A DNA stretch of 63,387 nucleotides, filler included, from Folioceros fuciformis (GCA_049999805.1; 24 parts of 24 records of this genome joined end to end with filler, not necessarily neighbours in it); one strand, 5' to 3'. Positions 12,134 through 24,306 are shown, numbered from the whole stretch's first letter. The notes: generated by a model not told the origin, from the sequence alone. A program made the numbers and translations.

Positions 12134-12353
12134 GTAAGTTTCCTTTCAAATGCTTCAGTGTTTTCAGCTAATGTTGGACACTCGGCAGGTTGGCTTGGCC
12201 AATGGCTAGAGTGTGCCGGTCTACCTGCGCACTCCCGCCGCTATAAGGGACCAAGGGCGGAGTCTGGTTGGAGTGCGCCGGTCGACCGGCGCACTCCAAC
12301 CACCTTCACTACAGAAATTTACATATTGTGCTGACAAAAATGTTTGTTGGCAG
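12134..12353 (+). other. Predicted spliceosomal intron (220 bp, phase 0)
   Basis: Donor GTG|GTAAGT, branch-like CTGAC at 12331 and acceptor TTTGTTGGCAG. Removal joins ...FAKV to KPADIND... in frame. Confidence 0.8.
12265..12302. repeat. Perfect 38-bp palindrome in the intron
   Basis: TGGTTGGAGTGCGCCGGTC|GACCGGCGCACTCCAACCA. A degenerate copy lies at 12209-12234. Confidence 0.95.
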
Positions 12354-13916
12354 AAACCTGCAGATATAAACGACCTGGAATCTTTGCTCAAACCGTTCCA
12401 GGATTACGTGTACTCAGCAAGGAACTGGAAACGGATGGAAGAGGAGAAGCAGAAACTTGCAGACGCAGATATGGATGGTGGATTGTCCGAGTTCAGAGTC
12501 CCTAACAGCAACCAAAAAACGAAATATCAAGTGCTGCAGCGAAGCGTTCTGGAGATGAGCGGATTTCTGGTAAAGAGACCATATACCCTTTTATTCGCTG
12601 ATTTGCCTCGAGGTCTCCAACGACATGACTTTGACAGACAGTTGACTAGCGAGGACCTTGAAGACATGATAAGGGGGTTTTCTGAAAGCACAAGTAGTAA
12701 TGTGTATCGAGTGGTCCTCATGCATGGGGTGGACCTCATCTCACAGGCAAGGAAGGCACTTAGGCCATGGTGCAAGAAAGGCACCATACAAACATTGGTT
12801 TGGGTAAAAGACCAACATTCCTCCGAATGTAGGGGCAGTGGAGACTGTGAAGTACCTTACAGTTGGAAGTGCAGTCCACTCGGAAGCTCAAACCACCAAA
12901 GCAGCCTTATTTGCGAATCAGGGATTTCTTCTGCCCAAAGTGATAAGGCATGGTGTTGTCGTGAAAAAAAATCTTTTTCACTCGGCCGATTCGATGGTCA
13001 TCTCCCCATATCAAAAGCCGTTGGGGTTAATGGGAATGCTGGTGAACATGTTTCCGGGTGAAGGAGACTGGGTAATGGATGCCTGTGCAGGATCTAGATC
13101 GTTCCTTCAGGCTGCTATTCAGAGGGGGAGGTATGTTGTCACGATGGACGTCGATATACGATACACGACATACATGATGCAAAGAGTGAATTGACTTGGA
13201 TCTTTGCCAGACGCTGATGAAGAGATCAGCACAGACCCCTTCTCGCATGGGCCCACGAAGTTTTGGGCCAAAGAATAGAAAAACAAAAAAGGTAGTTATT
13301 TCATGGTCGGGCACCTTTTAAATGCACCCGACAGTTATTTACAGTTTAGGTTTTAGTTTATGAAACCTTTAGNNNNNNNNNNNNNNNNNNNNNNNNNNNN
13401 NNNNNNNNNNNNNNNNTTAATTAATTAANNNNNNNNNNNNNNNNNNNNNNNNNNNNNNNNNNNNNNNNNNNNTCCTCAAGATCCCAATATACTACATAGA
13501 TGAACAAAGATGCAAACTATCAATGAAAACACAAGTAGAAAATGATGAAAGATGCCAAGATCACAATAAGAGCTTCATACACAAGTGGCTAACAAACACG
13601 AAGAAAAGCAATAAGAAAGCCACCTACTTGTCCCCTACCTATAGAGATCAACGAGCAGCAACACACAACCCTAAATATAAATAGTAAAAAGCATAAAAGA
13701 GCGCAGTAATAATAGTAAGGGTAGTCAGGAAGCACAATATAACAAGATGGTCGTGATAAGAGTACAACATAATAATGACACTCTATTACAAGCCCAAGAG
13801 AGGCTCTTTATATAGACTAGGAAGACTAACCTAGTATAGCACTAGAATGTAGATACCATGGTGTAGGGTTTAGGGTCTCACTCTAATAAAAAATACTACA
13901 ACAATTTTAAGTAACT

Positions 13917-14620
13917 AAAAATTGTGTGGAAGTGAGATTGTAAATTCATTCAATTAACTAAGTAAGAAGTATTCATATATACAAAATTGAAAGTGTTTAT
14001 TGAGTTAAACATCTAACCTAAACTACACTAGGGTTAAGTAATAAACTATGTTAGGTTTTTTACTCCCAATACTCCCACTAAAAAACATGATGTGGTTTTT
14101 ACGTAGCCTTGGTGGATGGCACTACCCAAAAGAGTAGGTTTCATTTGAAAGGTATAATTGAAAATAAAAAATAGTTCAAAAATTATACAAACTCTTATTT
14201 AAAAACCAAGATCTACAAGAGTTAGAGCAAGGACACAACTCGCTAAGGTGTGGGTGCGGTACAATTTGACAAACGCTATGTGGCTTTTTCCAAACCACCT
14301 CTTTGACGAGCTATTCCTAATGTGGCCTAATCTTTGTACTCTTTCATGCCCTAGCTTCTTCTCAAAAGCTCATTTATTTAATTTAAGGGGAGGGCATAGA
14401 TTCTAAGATTCATGGTTACCATGTATGTGTTGGGAGCAAAAATCTAACATGGTTTATTACTTAATCAGAGTTAATTTTAGGTTACATATTTAACCCAACA
14501 AACAATTTCAATTTTTGTATATATATGAATGCTTCTCACTTAGTTTATTGAACAAATGTACACTTCTACATAGCTTTTAGCATGGCATTGGACCTAGTCT
14601 ACGCTTCCACACAGTTTTTG
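13917..14620. repeat. Two LTR starts of one family in inverted orientation
   Basis: Minus strand PPT AGTGGGAG plus TATTGGGAGTAAAAAACCTAACAT (from 14071) matches plus strand TGTTGGGAGCAAAAATCTAACAT (from 14428). Confidence 0.7.
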
Positions 14621-14629
14621 GATGCAAGG

Positions 14630-15600
14630 AAGAGAGTAGAGAGTGTGATAGATCGTCAAGCATGAGATATCCAAGATATATCAAGCATGGAAGAGGGAAA
14701 GAAGCACCAAAACAAAGTGTAATGTTCAACTAACTTAAAAGAACACAAATGAACACATATATACAAATAGAGTAGGTACCCTAAATAAAGTATGTTTAAG
14801 TATGTATGATTAACCCTAAGAGGTTATTAATCTAACACGCCCACTTAACCTCGAACCGGTTAATAAAAGAAACTCAATGAATAAACGTGATACGAAACGC
14901 CTGGTATAAAACCCTAAACCCTAAAGGTGCGCTCAATAACTCGCGAGTACTCTCACCAACCATAATCAAAGTCGCACGTGAATGCTTGCATCGATTCCGC
15001 GTGAAGAATCCGTAGCATCTTGCACAAGCTCCGCGTGAAGATGGAGTCAGTACATGAGGAAATCGTCCCCATGGTCCTCGTGGTGAGCTGCCTCACTTGG
15101 CCAATCATCTTTGCTGAGTCTTGTACCGGCAACAACAGGAGTAGTAGCAGGGTGTGCAGTGGCCATATGGAATCGCTGTAGAATCTCAGATATGTACTTA
15201 TGCTGATGGATAATGATCATGCCTTGCTCACCAACTCGAAGGACTTGAATGCCTAGGTAGAACTTTGGTTCTTCAACATCTGTCATTTCAAATTCCTTAT
15301 GGAGCATACCTTGAACTCTGGTTAATAATGGCTTGTCATCGGAAGCAAATATGGTGTCATCGACATATATGGCCAGCAAAACATAGGCTCTTCCATCATC
15401 ATAGATGTACACGGAGGGATCTACAGGGCTCTGCTTAAAACCCAAGGACTTCAGGCAAGTATCTAACCTAGCATTCCAGCATTCTACACTTTGTTTAAGG
15501 CCATAAATGCACTTTATGAGCTTACAAACCCAGTCCGGATGTGTAGGATCCTCATAGCCTTCTGGCTGTTCCATATATACCTCTTCTTCTAAAATGCTAT
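14630..15600 (-). mobile_element. Copia RT fragment with internal deletion of RNase H, then PPT and 3' LTR
   Basis: MEQPEGY, YGLKQS and LAIYVDD. PPT AAGTGGGCG followed by TGTTAG at 14837 on the minus strand. Confidence 0.85.
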
Positions 15601-16043
15601 TGTGGTGGGTAAACCCCAGGCACTTGTTTGCTTATGGGTTTAACCTTTAGCGGCCACACTTATCCCATTGTCGTTGAGACATTGGGTTTCGTTCCCACGA
15701 AGGAGCGATGGGGTTCCTAGCTGCTCTGGATGGAGGATGGGACTCAACCGACTTGATGACGGATTCAAGGGCTCCTGATAAAACCTAAGAGTGGTTAGGT
15801 TAGGTGTGTTATTAGCATATTAAGAAATAGATTAATTAATGTCTAAAGTCAGCAGGTTACCCTTTCATTAGGGTTGCGTAGTTTCATCAATAGGCACACC
15901 TTTTCATAATAATTTAAGTTGGACTTAGAAGAACATATATAGTGTGTGTATACAAGTAGCTTCCTTAACAAGATGTAATTATTTAATTGTTTATTATTAA
16001 ATTGACCTACACTTAATGCTTAAGTTTATAATGGTATCAGAGC
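15601..16043 (+). mobile_element. TGTGG-family LTR start and downstream PBS (tRNA-iMet)
   Basis: TGTGGTGGGTAAACCCCAGGCAC... interrupts RT. TGGTATCAGAGC at 16032-16043 may belong to a nested LTR rather than this one. Confidence 0.65.
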
Positions 16044-16152
16044 GTTTTGAAGNNNNNNNNNNNNNNNNNNNNNNNNNNNNNNNNNNNNNNNNNNNNTTAA
16101 TTAATTAANNNNNNNNNNNNNNNNNNNNNNNNNNNNNNNNNNNNNNNNNNNN

Positions 16153-17410
16153 ATATGCTAATTGCTGGGACTAACAGTTATGAGATTTCAGCGTTGAAAT
16201 CAAAGTTGAGTGCTCGCTTTGACATGATAGACTTGGGAGAGGCAAGCCATATTCTTGGCATGCTTATTCGTCGAGACAGACAGAAGCGTTTGATTTACCT
16301 GTCTCAAACTGAATACATTAACAAGGTGCTTCAACGTTTCAACATGGAGAAGGGGAAGGTATTGAGTACTCCGTTGCCTCCATATGTGAAACTTTTGAGC
16401 AAGGATTGCCCAAGTTCTGCGGAGGACAAAGCTGAAATGGAGAAGATTCCGTACTCATCAGCTGTAGGGAGTTTGATATATGCAATGATTGCTACACATC
16501 CTGACATTGCCTTTGCAGTGGGAGTGGTTAGCAGGTTTATGTCAAACCCTGGCAGGAAGCATTGAGAGGCACTGAAAGGAGCTATGAGGTACTTGAATGG
16601 TACAAAAGCTTTGTGTTTATGTTTTGGTAGTGAAGATGCATTTGTCGTGGGATATACGGATGCTGATTATGCAGGGGATATGGACAAAAGGAGGTCCACA
16701 ACAAGTTATGTCTTCATGTGCACTGGAGGGGCAGTCTCATGGCGATCTCGTTTGCAATCGTGTATAACGCTATCTACCACAAAGGCTGAGTATGTTGCAG
16801 TGACTGAGGCTTGAAAGGAAGCCATGTGGCTTGCTCGTTTAGTGGGAGACGTGGGGATCAAGGTTGAGCTGCCAATGTTGCATTGTGATAGCCAGAGTGC
16901 TATCCAGTTGGCGAAGAATCCAATGTTTCATGCGAAGACCAAACATGTGGAAGTGAAGTATCACTTTCATTCGAGAGGTGTTGGAAGACAAGAGGGTACA
17001 GCTTGTCAAAGTTCACACTAGTCGGAACCCTGTAGATGTTCTTACCAAGGGGCTCTCTACGGAGCAATTCGCACAAGCTCGGACACTCATGGGCATAAGG
17101 TAGACCACTCTCCTATGAAGGTAAATTAGCCTTTAAGTGGGAGGTTGTAGAGTTATTAAATCCCAATGTGCTTAGACTAATGTGTTTAGTCTAAGATTAG
17201 TGTATACTTAAGTACCATTAGTTTAGATTAGCTTAAGCTAATCTGTAGGAAGCTTCTTGCGCAACTTCCTGTGCGCTTCTTGTGAAGCTTACTAGGGAGC
17301 TTTGCTAGAGGGTATAAATACCCCCTTGAGCTCACTTGCTATTGAGACTCTGTGTGAGAGTGTGACCTCTCCTTTCTCCTCTTCTTTGCCTCTCCTCCTC
17401 TCCTCCTTCA
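16153..17410 (+). mobile_element. Family-A Copia RT-RNase H, PPT and 3' LTR (truncated)
   Basis: RT/RH motifs as at 6900-7810. PPT AAGTGGGAGG at 17135, LTR start TGTAG at 17146, TATAAATA at 17313-17320. Confidence 0.93.
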
Positions 17411-17411
17411 C

Positions 17412-17810
17412 CATGTAGCTCCTAGAACAATCCTTCACGAAAGGTGTCCCAGCTCTCTGGTAATGTGACCAACAGAAACATAGCTCTCACGGAATCTGGG
17501 AACGAGATACCTTGAATGAGAGCTGGCTGAAAATTGTATTGAACTCATTCAAATGATTGGACATCTTTGCTTCTTCCTTCATCTTCAAGTTCACAAGCTT
17601 TTTCAACCAGTACACCTGAGAAGCCGCACTTTGCTTCTTATACAGATCACACAACTTCTGCTATAGCTCGTAACTTGTGGTCTTGTCTTTCACATTGAAG
17701 TAGACCGACTTTGACAATGTTAGCATGATGGTAGACCTAGCAAGCTCATCTAGATCCTGCCAGTCATCCTGAGTCGTGCTAACAAGTTTCACTCTTAGCA
17801 ACTTTATGGG
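17412..17810 (-). mobile_element. Inverted Tnt1/Tork-like gag fragment
   Basis: Reverse complement is highly similar to the gag at about 23134-23530. Confidence 0.88.
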
Positions 17811-19064
17811 TATTGGAATAGTATTTAAATGACAGACACTAACTCGTTAATACCAAACGGTAAAAAAGGTTAGAATAACCATTCGTTAGTATAATTATAT
17901 ACGTTAGGTTAAAGCGGTTACGAAATACACTTTTAATGTTTTTTGTTTCTTTTTGATACACTCTTTAAGTTGTTACTCTCTTGGCAAGTCTCTCCGGTAC
18001 TAGTGCGCTCATGCTGTTTGCTACAATCTGATCTACATGATGCAGTAGATCACTCCAATACATTATGGTATCAGAGCCATATCACCACCAGCCATTTGGC
18101 ATTTCATTAGTGCCAAGAATGTGGTTTCCAGCGCATCGCGAACAATGCAGAAGACTTTATCCAGTCTTGCCACTACCAATTACGCAGTCCCAGACAGAGG
18201 CACAGCAGATAGTATAATCCGAAACTGGCTATGCTCCAAAATGCTGCTATAATACTGGAGATCATTTTTGAATTGGAAACATATCTAGCGTCATCATCAC
18301 TGAACACTATGCCATGACTAAGAACAATAAAAGACGGTTTAGTAGGACATTTTGTTCTAATCCTAAAGCATGCCCTCACACACAATCGTTTTGTTATAAT
18401 CAAGAGACTGCTCCTATTTCATTTTGTTCTTGTCACACCACACATAGAACATTTAGTAAAGGCACTTGTCAGACCCCAGCATTATTACGCAATTTATACA
18501 ATCTCAGAACCACACTCACCATGTTGAAGAATATTGCATCTGCTGACAAGTTAAAGCATAGAAAAGAGATCCATAACTTGAAAGAACAAAACGATTATCT
18601 AGCTGAAAAGGTTCACTACTTCTACCACCTGTATGAAGATGTCATTACTAACGATGACGCTACACCCAGCACCCCAGTTAGCAAAGCATCATCCCCTCAC
18701 ATTCCTATCATGGTCAGCAAGCATCTGCCTGAACCCATTGAGCATGTACTTACATCACTTGCTAAGCTATTTGGTGAGGAGCTCACCATTCTCTAGAAGC
18801 CTGTTTGTCGAGTTAGCATAGTTGATGTGGTCACCACCACATCGGATCCCTGAAGATCCACTACACTTTAGATTAGCACTTAGGAACCCTAAGCTACATA
18901 GGCACAATATGTCTGGGGCTGGAGCAAGCTCAATGAACACAATTGTAAATAACACATTCAAAGTTGACTTAAAGGACAAAGACAGATTCAACGAGACTGA
19001 TTACCCGATCTGGGAACTGAGGATGGAGTCCATCTTTGAGGAGCACGATCTCATGGATTATTAA
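17811..19064 (+). mobile_element. Copia 5' end: LTR, PBS, extra leader ORF and gag start
   Basis: LTR TATTGGA...TCCAATA (17811-18060), PBS TGGTATCAGAGC at 18066, ORF 18314-18796, then gag NNTFKVDLKDKDRF..YPIW. Confidence 0.85.
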
Positions 19065-21590
19065 GACATGAACTAGGATTGGCCGAACAGGAGCGAGACG
19101 TGCGTGAGAAAAAAAGATTATGAATTATGTTGTGTCCGTCGGCCTTTGTGGTTGCGCGAACAGGAGGTCGGTACGGCAGTTAGCCGTTACCTAGCAGTTG
19201 GACGTTGGCCTTCTGCCCGTATAGCTAGGGTAGCGTTTCGTATCTAAATATGTAAAACCCTAACTAGCATAAGTGTTCGAGTATTAAAGTAATTAGGGCA
19301 CAGCCCTTTTCTAACACTCCCACTTGCTCGACACTTTGCGCCCGCTGCCAGCCTCCGGCAGGAAACATGAATCTTGGCCAGATGTCTGCGGTTTGGATTT
19401 GGATGGCCTGCCTTTTGCTTTTTGCTGGAATCATTGCTAAGCTTGAGAGAGCGTGCTCCGCATCACGCCGCCACCGTCCTTCTTCAGATTGCCTGAGTGA
19501 GGATGAAAAATCCTTAGCCGTCTTCGCATGCTCCACACCAAGCTGAGAGAGTCCAGGGGTCTTGCGCCTCCAGACCTTGAAGGCTTCTGAGACAACGCGA
19601 TGGCGGACTGATTGTCATAGAATATGGTCGTCAGCTCAGGTTGTGTCATCCCGATGGAGTCCAGCAAAGCTCTTGCATGCAGCACTTCCTGTGTGGCTGA
19701 TGTCGCTGCTATGTACTCTGCCTCAGTGGAGGACATAGCAACGATTTGCTGCCTTTTACAGGTCTAGGAGATGGTGCTCCCACTCAAAATTGTTAAGCAT
19801 GATTAATGTTGAGATTAATTAGTGCTAATCCAGCTTATTGAGTTTGTACTAATTAGTGGTAAGAGTGATTAAGGTTATGATTAATATATATATATAGCTT
19901 ATTAGACTTTGCTATGTTAGGCAAAAGAAGTATTGTAGGGTTTGGGTCATTTATCCCATATTGGGCACGAAATGAGAGCCTTGTTATAGTGCTCTTAGTT
20001 TTGGGATTCTGCATCTTGCTTCAACTAACTTGTTTTAACCTCCTTTGAGCATGGCGGGGGTGACATCTCAACAAAAATCACACGGTAAGCCGGGGGTGAC
20101 ATCTCAACAAAAATCACACGGTAAGCCATGACCGGCTTGCGAGTATCCTTATCTCCTGCCCAGTCTGCATCAGTAAAGCAGACTAAAGTAGGAGGTATCT
20201 TGCCTGGCTGATGCTTGTACAGGAGGCCGAGCTTCGGATTCAATTTTAGGTATCTCAAAGCTCTCTTTGCCTTCGTCTAGTGCTGCTGCCCAGGGTTAGA
20301 TATATACTTCGAAATGTTGTGAGAAGACAGAGCAAGATCCGATCTCGTCCAACCACTCAGCCAGACTAGGCACCCTGCTAGTTCGCCGTAGGAAATGCCT
20401 AACATCTCTTGCCTCTCTTTGTCTGTTGTAGGTGCCTGGTCCATCGAAGAGAAATCTCCCACTGCGAGAGGTGTACTTACAGGCTTGCAGTCCTTCATAC
20501 CAAACTTTTCCAAGAGCCTGTACACATAATGCTCCTGGTGGATGAAGATACTTGAATCTACAAGGTTGACAATGGCTTGCACTCCTAGAAAGAACTTGAC
20601 CATGCCCAGGTCAGTCATTTTGAATTCTGAGGACAGGATGTCCTTCACTTTCTGCATTATCTTTGGTGCACTTGCAAAAATTAGCGTGTCATCAACATAT
20701 AGAGTGAGGTATGCCACTGCATCCCCTTCTCTCAAAATATATACATTGCCCTTTGCTGGTGATTGTACAAAACCTGACTTGATTAAGTATTGATGGATGC
20801 GATTGTACCAGGCTCTTGGAGACTGTTTCAGGCCGTACAACGTCTTCTGTAACTTACAGAAGTGATTCGGATGTGACTTGCTGACGTAGCCCTCCGGCTG
20901 CTCCATGTAAACTTCTTCTTCCAGGGTACCGTTCATAAAGGCGGTTTGTACATCCATTTGGTGCACTTGCATCTTCATTTGTGCAGCAACAGCCAGCAGT
21001 GCCCTTACAGAGGTAGACTTCACAACTGGAGAGAAGATCTCATTATAGTCGAGGCCTTCTCATTTTGAGAACCCTTGCACCACTAACCTTGCTTTGAAGC
21101 GAGCTGTGCTCCCATCAGGATGGAGTTTTCGCTTGAAGACCCATTTGCAAGTAATGGGTTGTCTGCCTGGAGGAAGAGGGCGCAGCTGCCAGGTATGGTT
21201 GTCGATCAAAGACTGATATCTGAATCAATAGCAGCCTGCCACTCTTTGTGCTCCTTTGAAGTCAAAGCTTCCCGGTAGGACACGGTTCACCCAAATCTTG
21301 TGCAGCCATCAACACTTGCGCCAGGAGAGCTCTGTGGGACACATTCGCTGCAGGCTGGGTGGTCTCCTCCACTACAGGCATACCTTCATGTCCTTCGTCT
21401 TCTACAGCAGGTAAGACTTCATGTACCTCCTCGACGGCTGGCAAAACTGATGTGGATGACACCTTTCTCCCCCGTTTGGCAGCAGGGTGAGAGAAAGTGG
21501 GGGACAGTGGTGGCTCCCTCCATGCAGCCGGTGAGGAAGTGTGGTGTCTGGCGGACCGTCTGAGAGCTCCCACTGCAGCTGGAACGTCAA
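19060..21590 (-). mobile_element. Copia RT-RNase H with PPT and 3' LTR; solo LTR inserted at about 19791-20025
   Basis: QMDVQTAFMNG, LTLYVDD, FTDADWAGD and SSTEAEY. PPT AAGTGGGAG plus TGTTAG at 19316. A 36-bp duplication at 20055-20126. Confidence 0.92.
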
Positions 21591-22039
21591 NNNNNNNNNN
21601 NNNNNNNNNNNNNNNNNNNNNNNNNNNNNNNNNNTTAATTAATTAANNNNNNNNNNNNNNNNNNNNNNNNNNNNNNNNNNNNNNNNNNNNGTACATACTA
21701 ACAATGTATATATAACAAGCATTTATTTTCTCAACAGACCTAAACCTAACTCTGACCTAACCCTAACTTTGACCCAAACCTAGTTCTGACCTAATAGGGG
21801 TTGTGTCCCATGGACACCACTGGGTGCCCTTACCAAAATTGACCAACCTCTCAAGACTACCAAAATGGTCAGTGCCTCTCAACTCTCTCCCTCCTCTCTC
21901 AAATCATTCCATCCCTTCTCTCAGATCATTCCAACAACCCTTCAAAGACATGTCTCGCCTCACCATTAATCTAGCTACTAATCTAACCTAATCTTTTAAC
22001 CATTTCACCTCAGGGTTCACTTAGAGATTCCCAAAAAGA

Positions 22040-22502
22040 GAAATCCTACCATTTTCCAAGGACCTATTCAGCATGTGGAGTCCACACCTGCTGTCATACA
22101 GCAGAGCCAGATCACCAGGCACTACCCACTCCTGTTGCTTCATCCTGCGGTCATGCCACTCCTTCCTCCTAGTCTGCATCTCCTACATTGTTCCCAAAGC
22201 TTTTTCCATGTCTTCAGTGTGTTTAATGAAACTAACCAGGCGCTCCAGCTAACTCTCCTCCACTATCATCCGATCTCTGTTTTGAACACGTGGGGTTAAC
22301 ACTTCAAACTCCACAAGCATCGCCGGGTGATGGCCATAAGTAAGATAGTAAGGAGTTTTTTGGGTGGTGACTCTCTCTGCAGTCAGGTATGCCCACAGCG
22401 CCGAATGGAGCTTGAGATCCCAGTCATAAGAATACTCCACTATCATCTTGTTCAGTATTCAACACAAAAGACCATTCGCCTTCGGATTGTAGGGGGTAGT
22501 TC
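22040..22502 (-). mobile_element. Ty3/Gypsy integrase fragment (Athila/Tat-like)
   Basis: TTPYNPKANG and DWDLKLHSALWAYLTA..TTQKTPYYLTYG. Confidence 0.88.
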
Positions 22503-22725
22503 GCCACGCGGGCGCCACCTAGGCGCCATGCGGGCGCGACTTGGGCACCACGAGGGCGCCACCTCGGCGCCACTTGGGTGCCACGTGGGCGCGACTTGGG
22601 CACCACTTCGGCGCCACTTGGGCGCCACGCGGGCGCGACTTGGGCACCACTGGGCGCTCTCAGGGCGCCACTTGGGCGCCACGCAGGTGCCACCCGGGCG
22701 CCACCTAGGCGCCACCGGGCACCTC
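22503..22725. repeat. GC-rich degenerate GGGCGCCAC repeats in a Copia leader
   Basis: Repeated GGGCGCCAC / GGGCGCGACTT / GGGCACCAC units upstream of gag. Confidence 0.85.
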
Positions 22726-23022
22726 ATGGCTGCCGGTGACGCGCGAAACGAGCGTGCCAGTGAAGCGAGGACCCGATTGACGAGCGCCGGAAAGTGAACA
22801 AATCGCAGATGCCGGGAGCGAGTGTGTGGGCGCCGTATTGACCCCGGCTGAGGAAGTCAGGATCTCGATCAGACGTAGGAGGACATTCCTGTTATGAGCG
22901 ACAGAGGCCCAAGTTGTGGACATACGATTCGGAAGAAGTTGTGAGGGTAACCTATAGAATCTACATTTCATTTCGAACAATTTCAAACTAGCCTTTTGGT
23001 TGATTTGGATCGATTTTGAAGC

Positions 23023-24206
23023 ATGACGTCCTCAGAAAACGTCATGTTCAATATCGAGAAGTTAGATGGTACTAACTTCCCGTTCTGGAAAGAACAAGTG
23101 TATAATGTTCTAGTACAGAAGAAGCAGATCAAGCCCATCAAGCTGCTAGGAGTGAAACCTTTTAGCATGACTCAGGATGAGTGGCAGGATCTAGATGAGC
23201 TTGCTAGGTCTACCATCATGCTAACAGTGTCGAAGTCGGTCTACTTCAACGTGAAAGACAAAACCACAAGTTTTGAGCTATGGCAGAAGCTGTGTGACTT
23301 GTATGAGAAGCAAAGTGCGGCTTCTCAGGTGTATTGGTTGAAACAGCTGGTGGACTTGAAGATGAAGGAAGGGACGAGGATGTCCGATCATCTGAATGAG
23401 TTCAATACCATTTTCAGCCAGCTCTCATCTCAAGGTATCTCATCCCAGATTCTGTGAGAGCTATGTTTCTGTTGGTCACATTACCAGAGAGCTTGGACAC
23501 CTTCCGTACGGCTCTGAGTAATTCTGCTCCGCCAGTGGTCTTACCGTTGTAAATGTAGAAGGTAGCCTGTTAACAGAGGAGGTGAACAGGAAGAATATGG
23601 AACCTTCGAAAGGTTCTAATGCCCTCATGGTGAGAGGAAGGTCCACTTCAAAGGGGAAGTACAAGGAGCGAAGTTCTTCCCGTAACAAATCTCGTAGTCG
23701 TAACAATGTTGAGTGTTACCATTGTCACAAGAAGGGTCACATCAGAAGGGACTGCGAGAAGTTCAAGAAGGAAAAAGGCAAGGAGAAGAAGCAGAGCGAC
23801 AACAAGGCAGATTCGAGTATTGAGCGTGATGAGGTGAACTCTGTTGACGATGAAGATGTTCTTATCTCTTCTTCTTTTGGTTCTGCACAACTGACAGCCA
23901 TGGAGAGTCACTTATTCTCTAATTGGATAATTGACTCTGGAGCATCTTTCCATGTTACTTCGCATAGGGAGTGGTTTAGCACTTATGATGCTACTAGGAA
24001 AGGATGTGTTCGGCTTGGAAATAACTACGCGTGCGAGATAGCAGGCGTTGGTGATGTGCAGCTGAAGTTCGACAACGGATCTTCATTCACACTAAAGGAT
24101 GTCAGGCATGTTCCGAAGTTGACCTAAAGCATGATTAGCGCAGGGCAGTTGGATGACGCTGGCTACCACTGTTGGTTTGGAGATCGTTCTTGGAAGATCT
24201 CCAAAG
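23023..24206 (+). mobile_element. Copia gag-protease (Tnt1/Tork-like)
   Basis: IEKLDGTNFPFWK, zinc knuckle CYHCHKKGHIRRDC and protease WIIDSGAS. Frameshifts present. Confidence 0.95.
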
Positions 24207-24306
24207 NNNNNNNNNNNNNNNNNNNNNNNNNNNNNNNNNNNNNNNNNNNNTTAATTAATTAANNNNNNNNNNNNNNNNNNNNNNNNNNNNNNNNNNNNNN
24301 NNNNNN

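Larger units (their letters stand above)
11738..13275 (+). pseudogene. Central part of the ParB-MTase gene (linker plus methyltransferase domain), two exons
   Basis: 11738-11990 aligns codon for codon with 54588-54840. Motif IV-like LLFADLPRG (D at 12600), IQTLVWVK, YQKP (13009-13020) and motif I DACAGS (13078) give beta-class order. TAG stops and a frameshift near 12835. 5' side truncated by an LTR-like end (...CCCAACA, 11737). Confidence 0.85.

Noticed and set aside
14909-14925. Telomere (AAACCCT repeats)
   Set aside because: Only about two units inside a retroelement 3' region; a telobox-like motif, not an array.
17811-18060. Non-canonical TA...TA LTR termini as a new element class
   Set aside because: Explained by C-to-T decay of the common TGTTGG...CCAACA ends; the related pair at 14071/14428 shows both TA and TG starts.
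18066-18077. tRNA genes at TGGTATCA(G/A)AGC sites
   Set aside because: These are 12-13-nt primer-binding sites next to LTR ends, with no cloverleaf.
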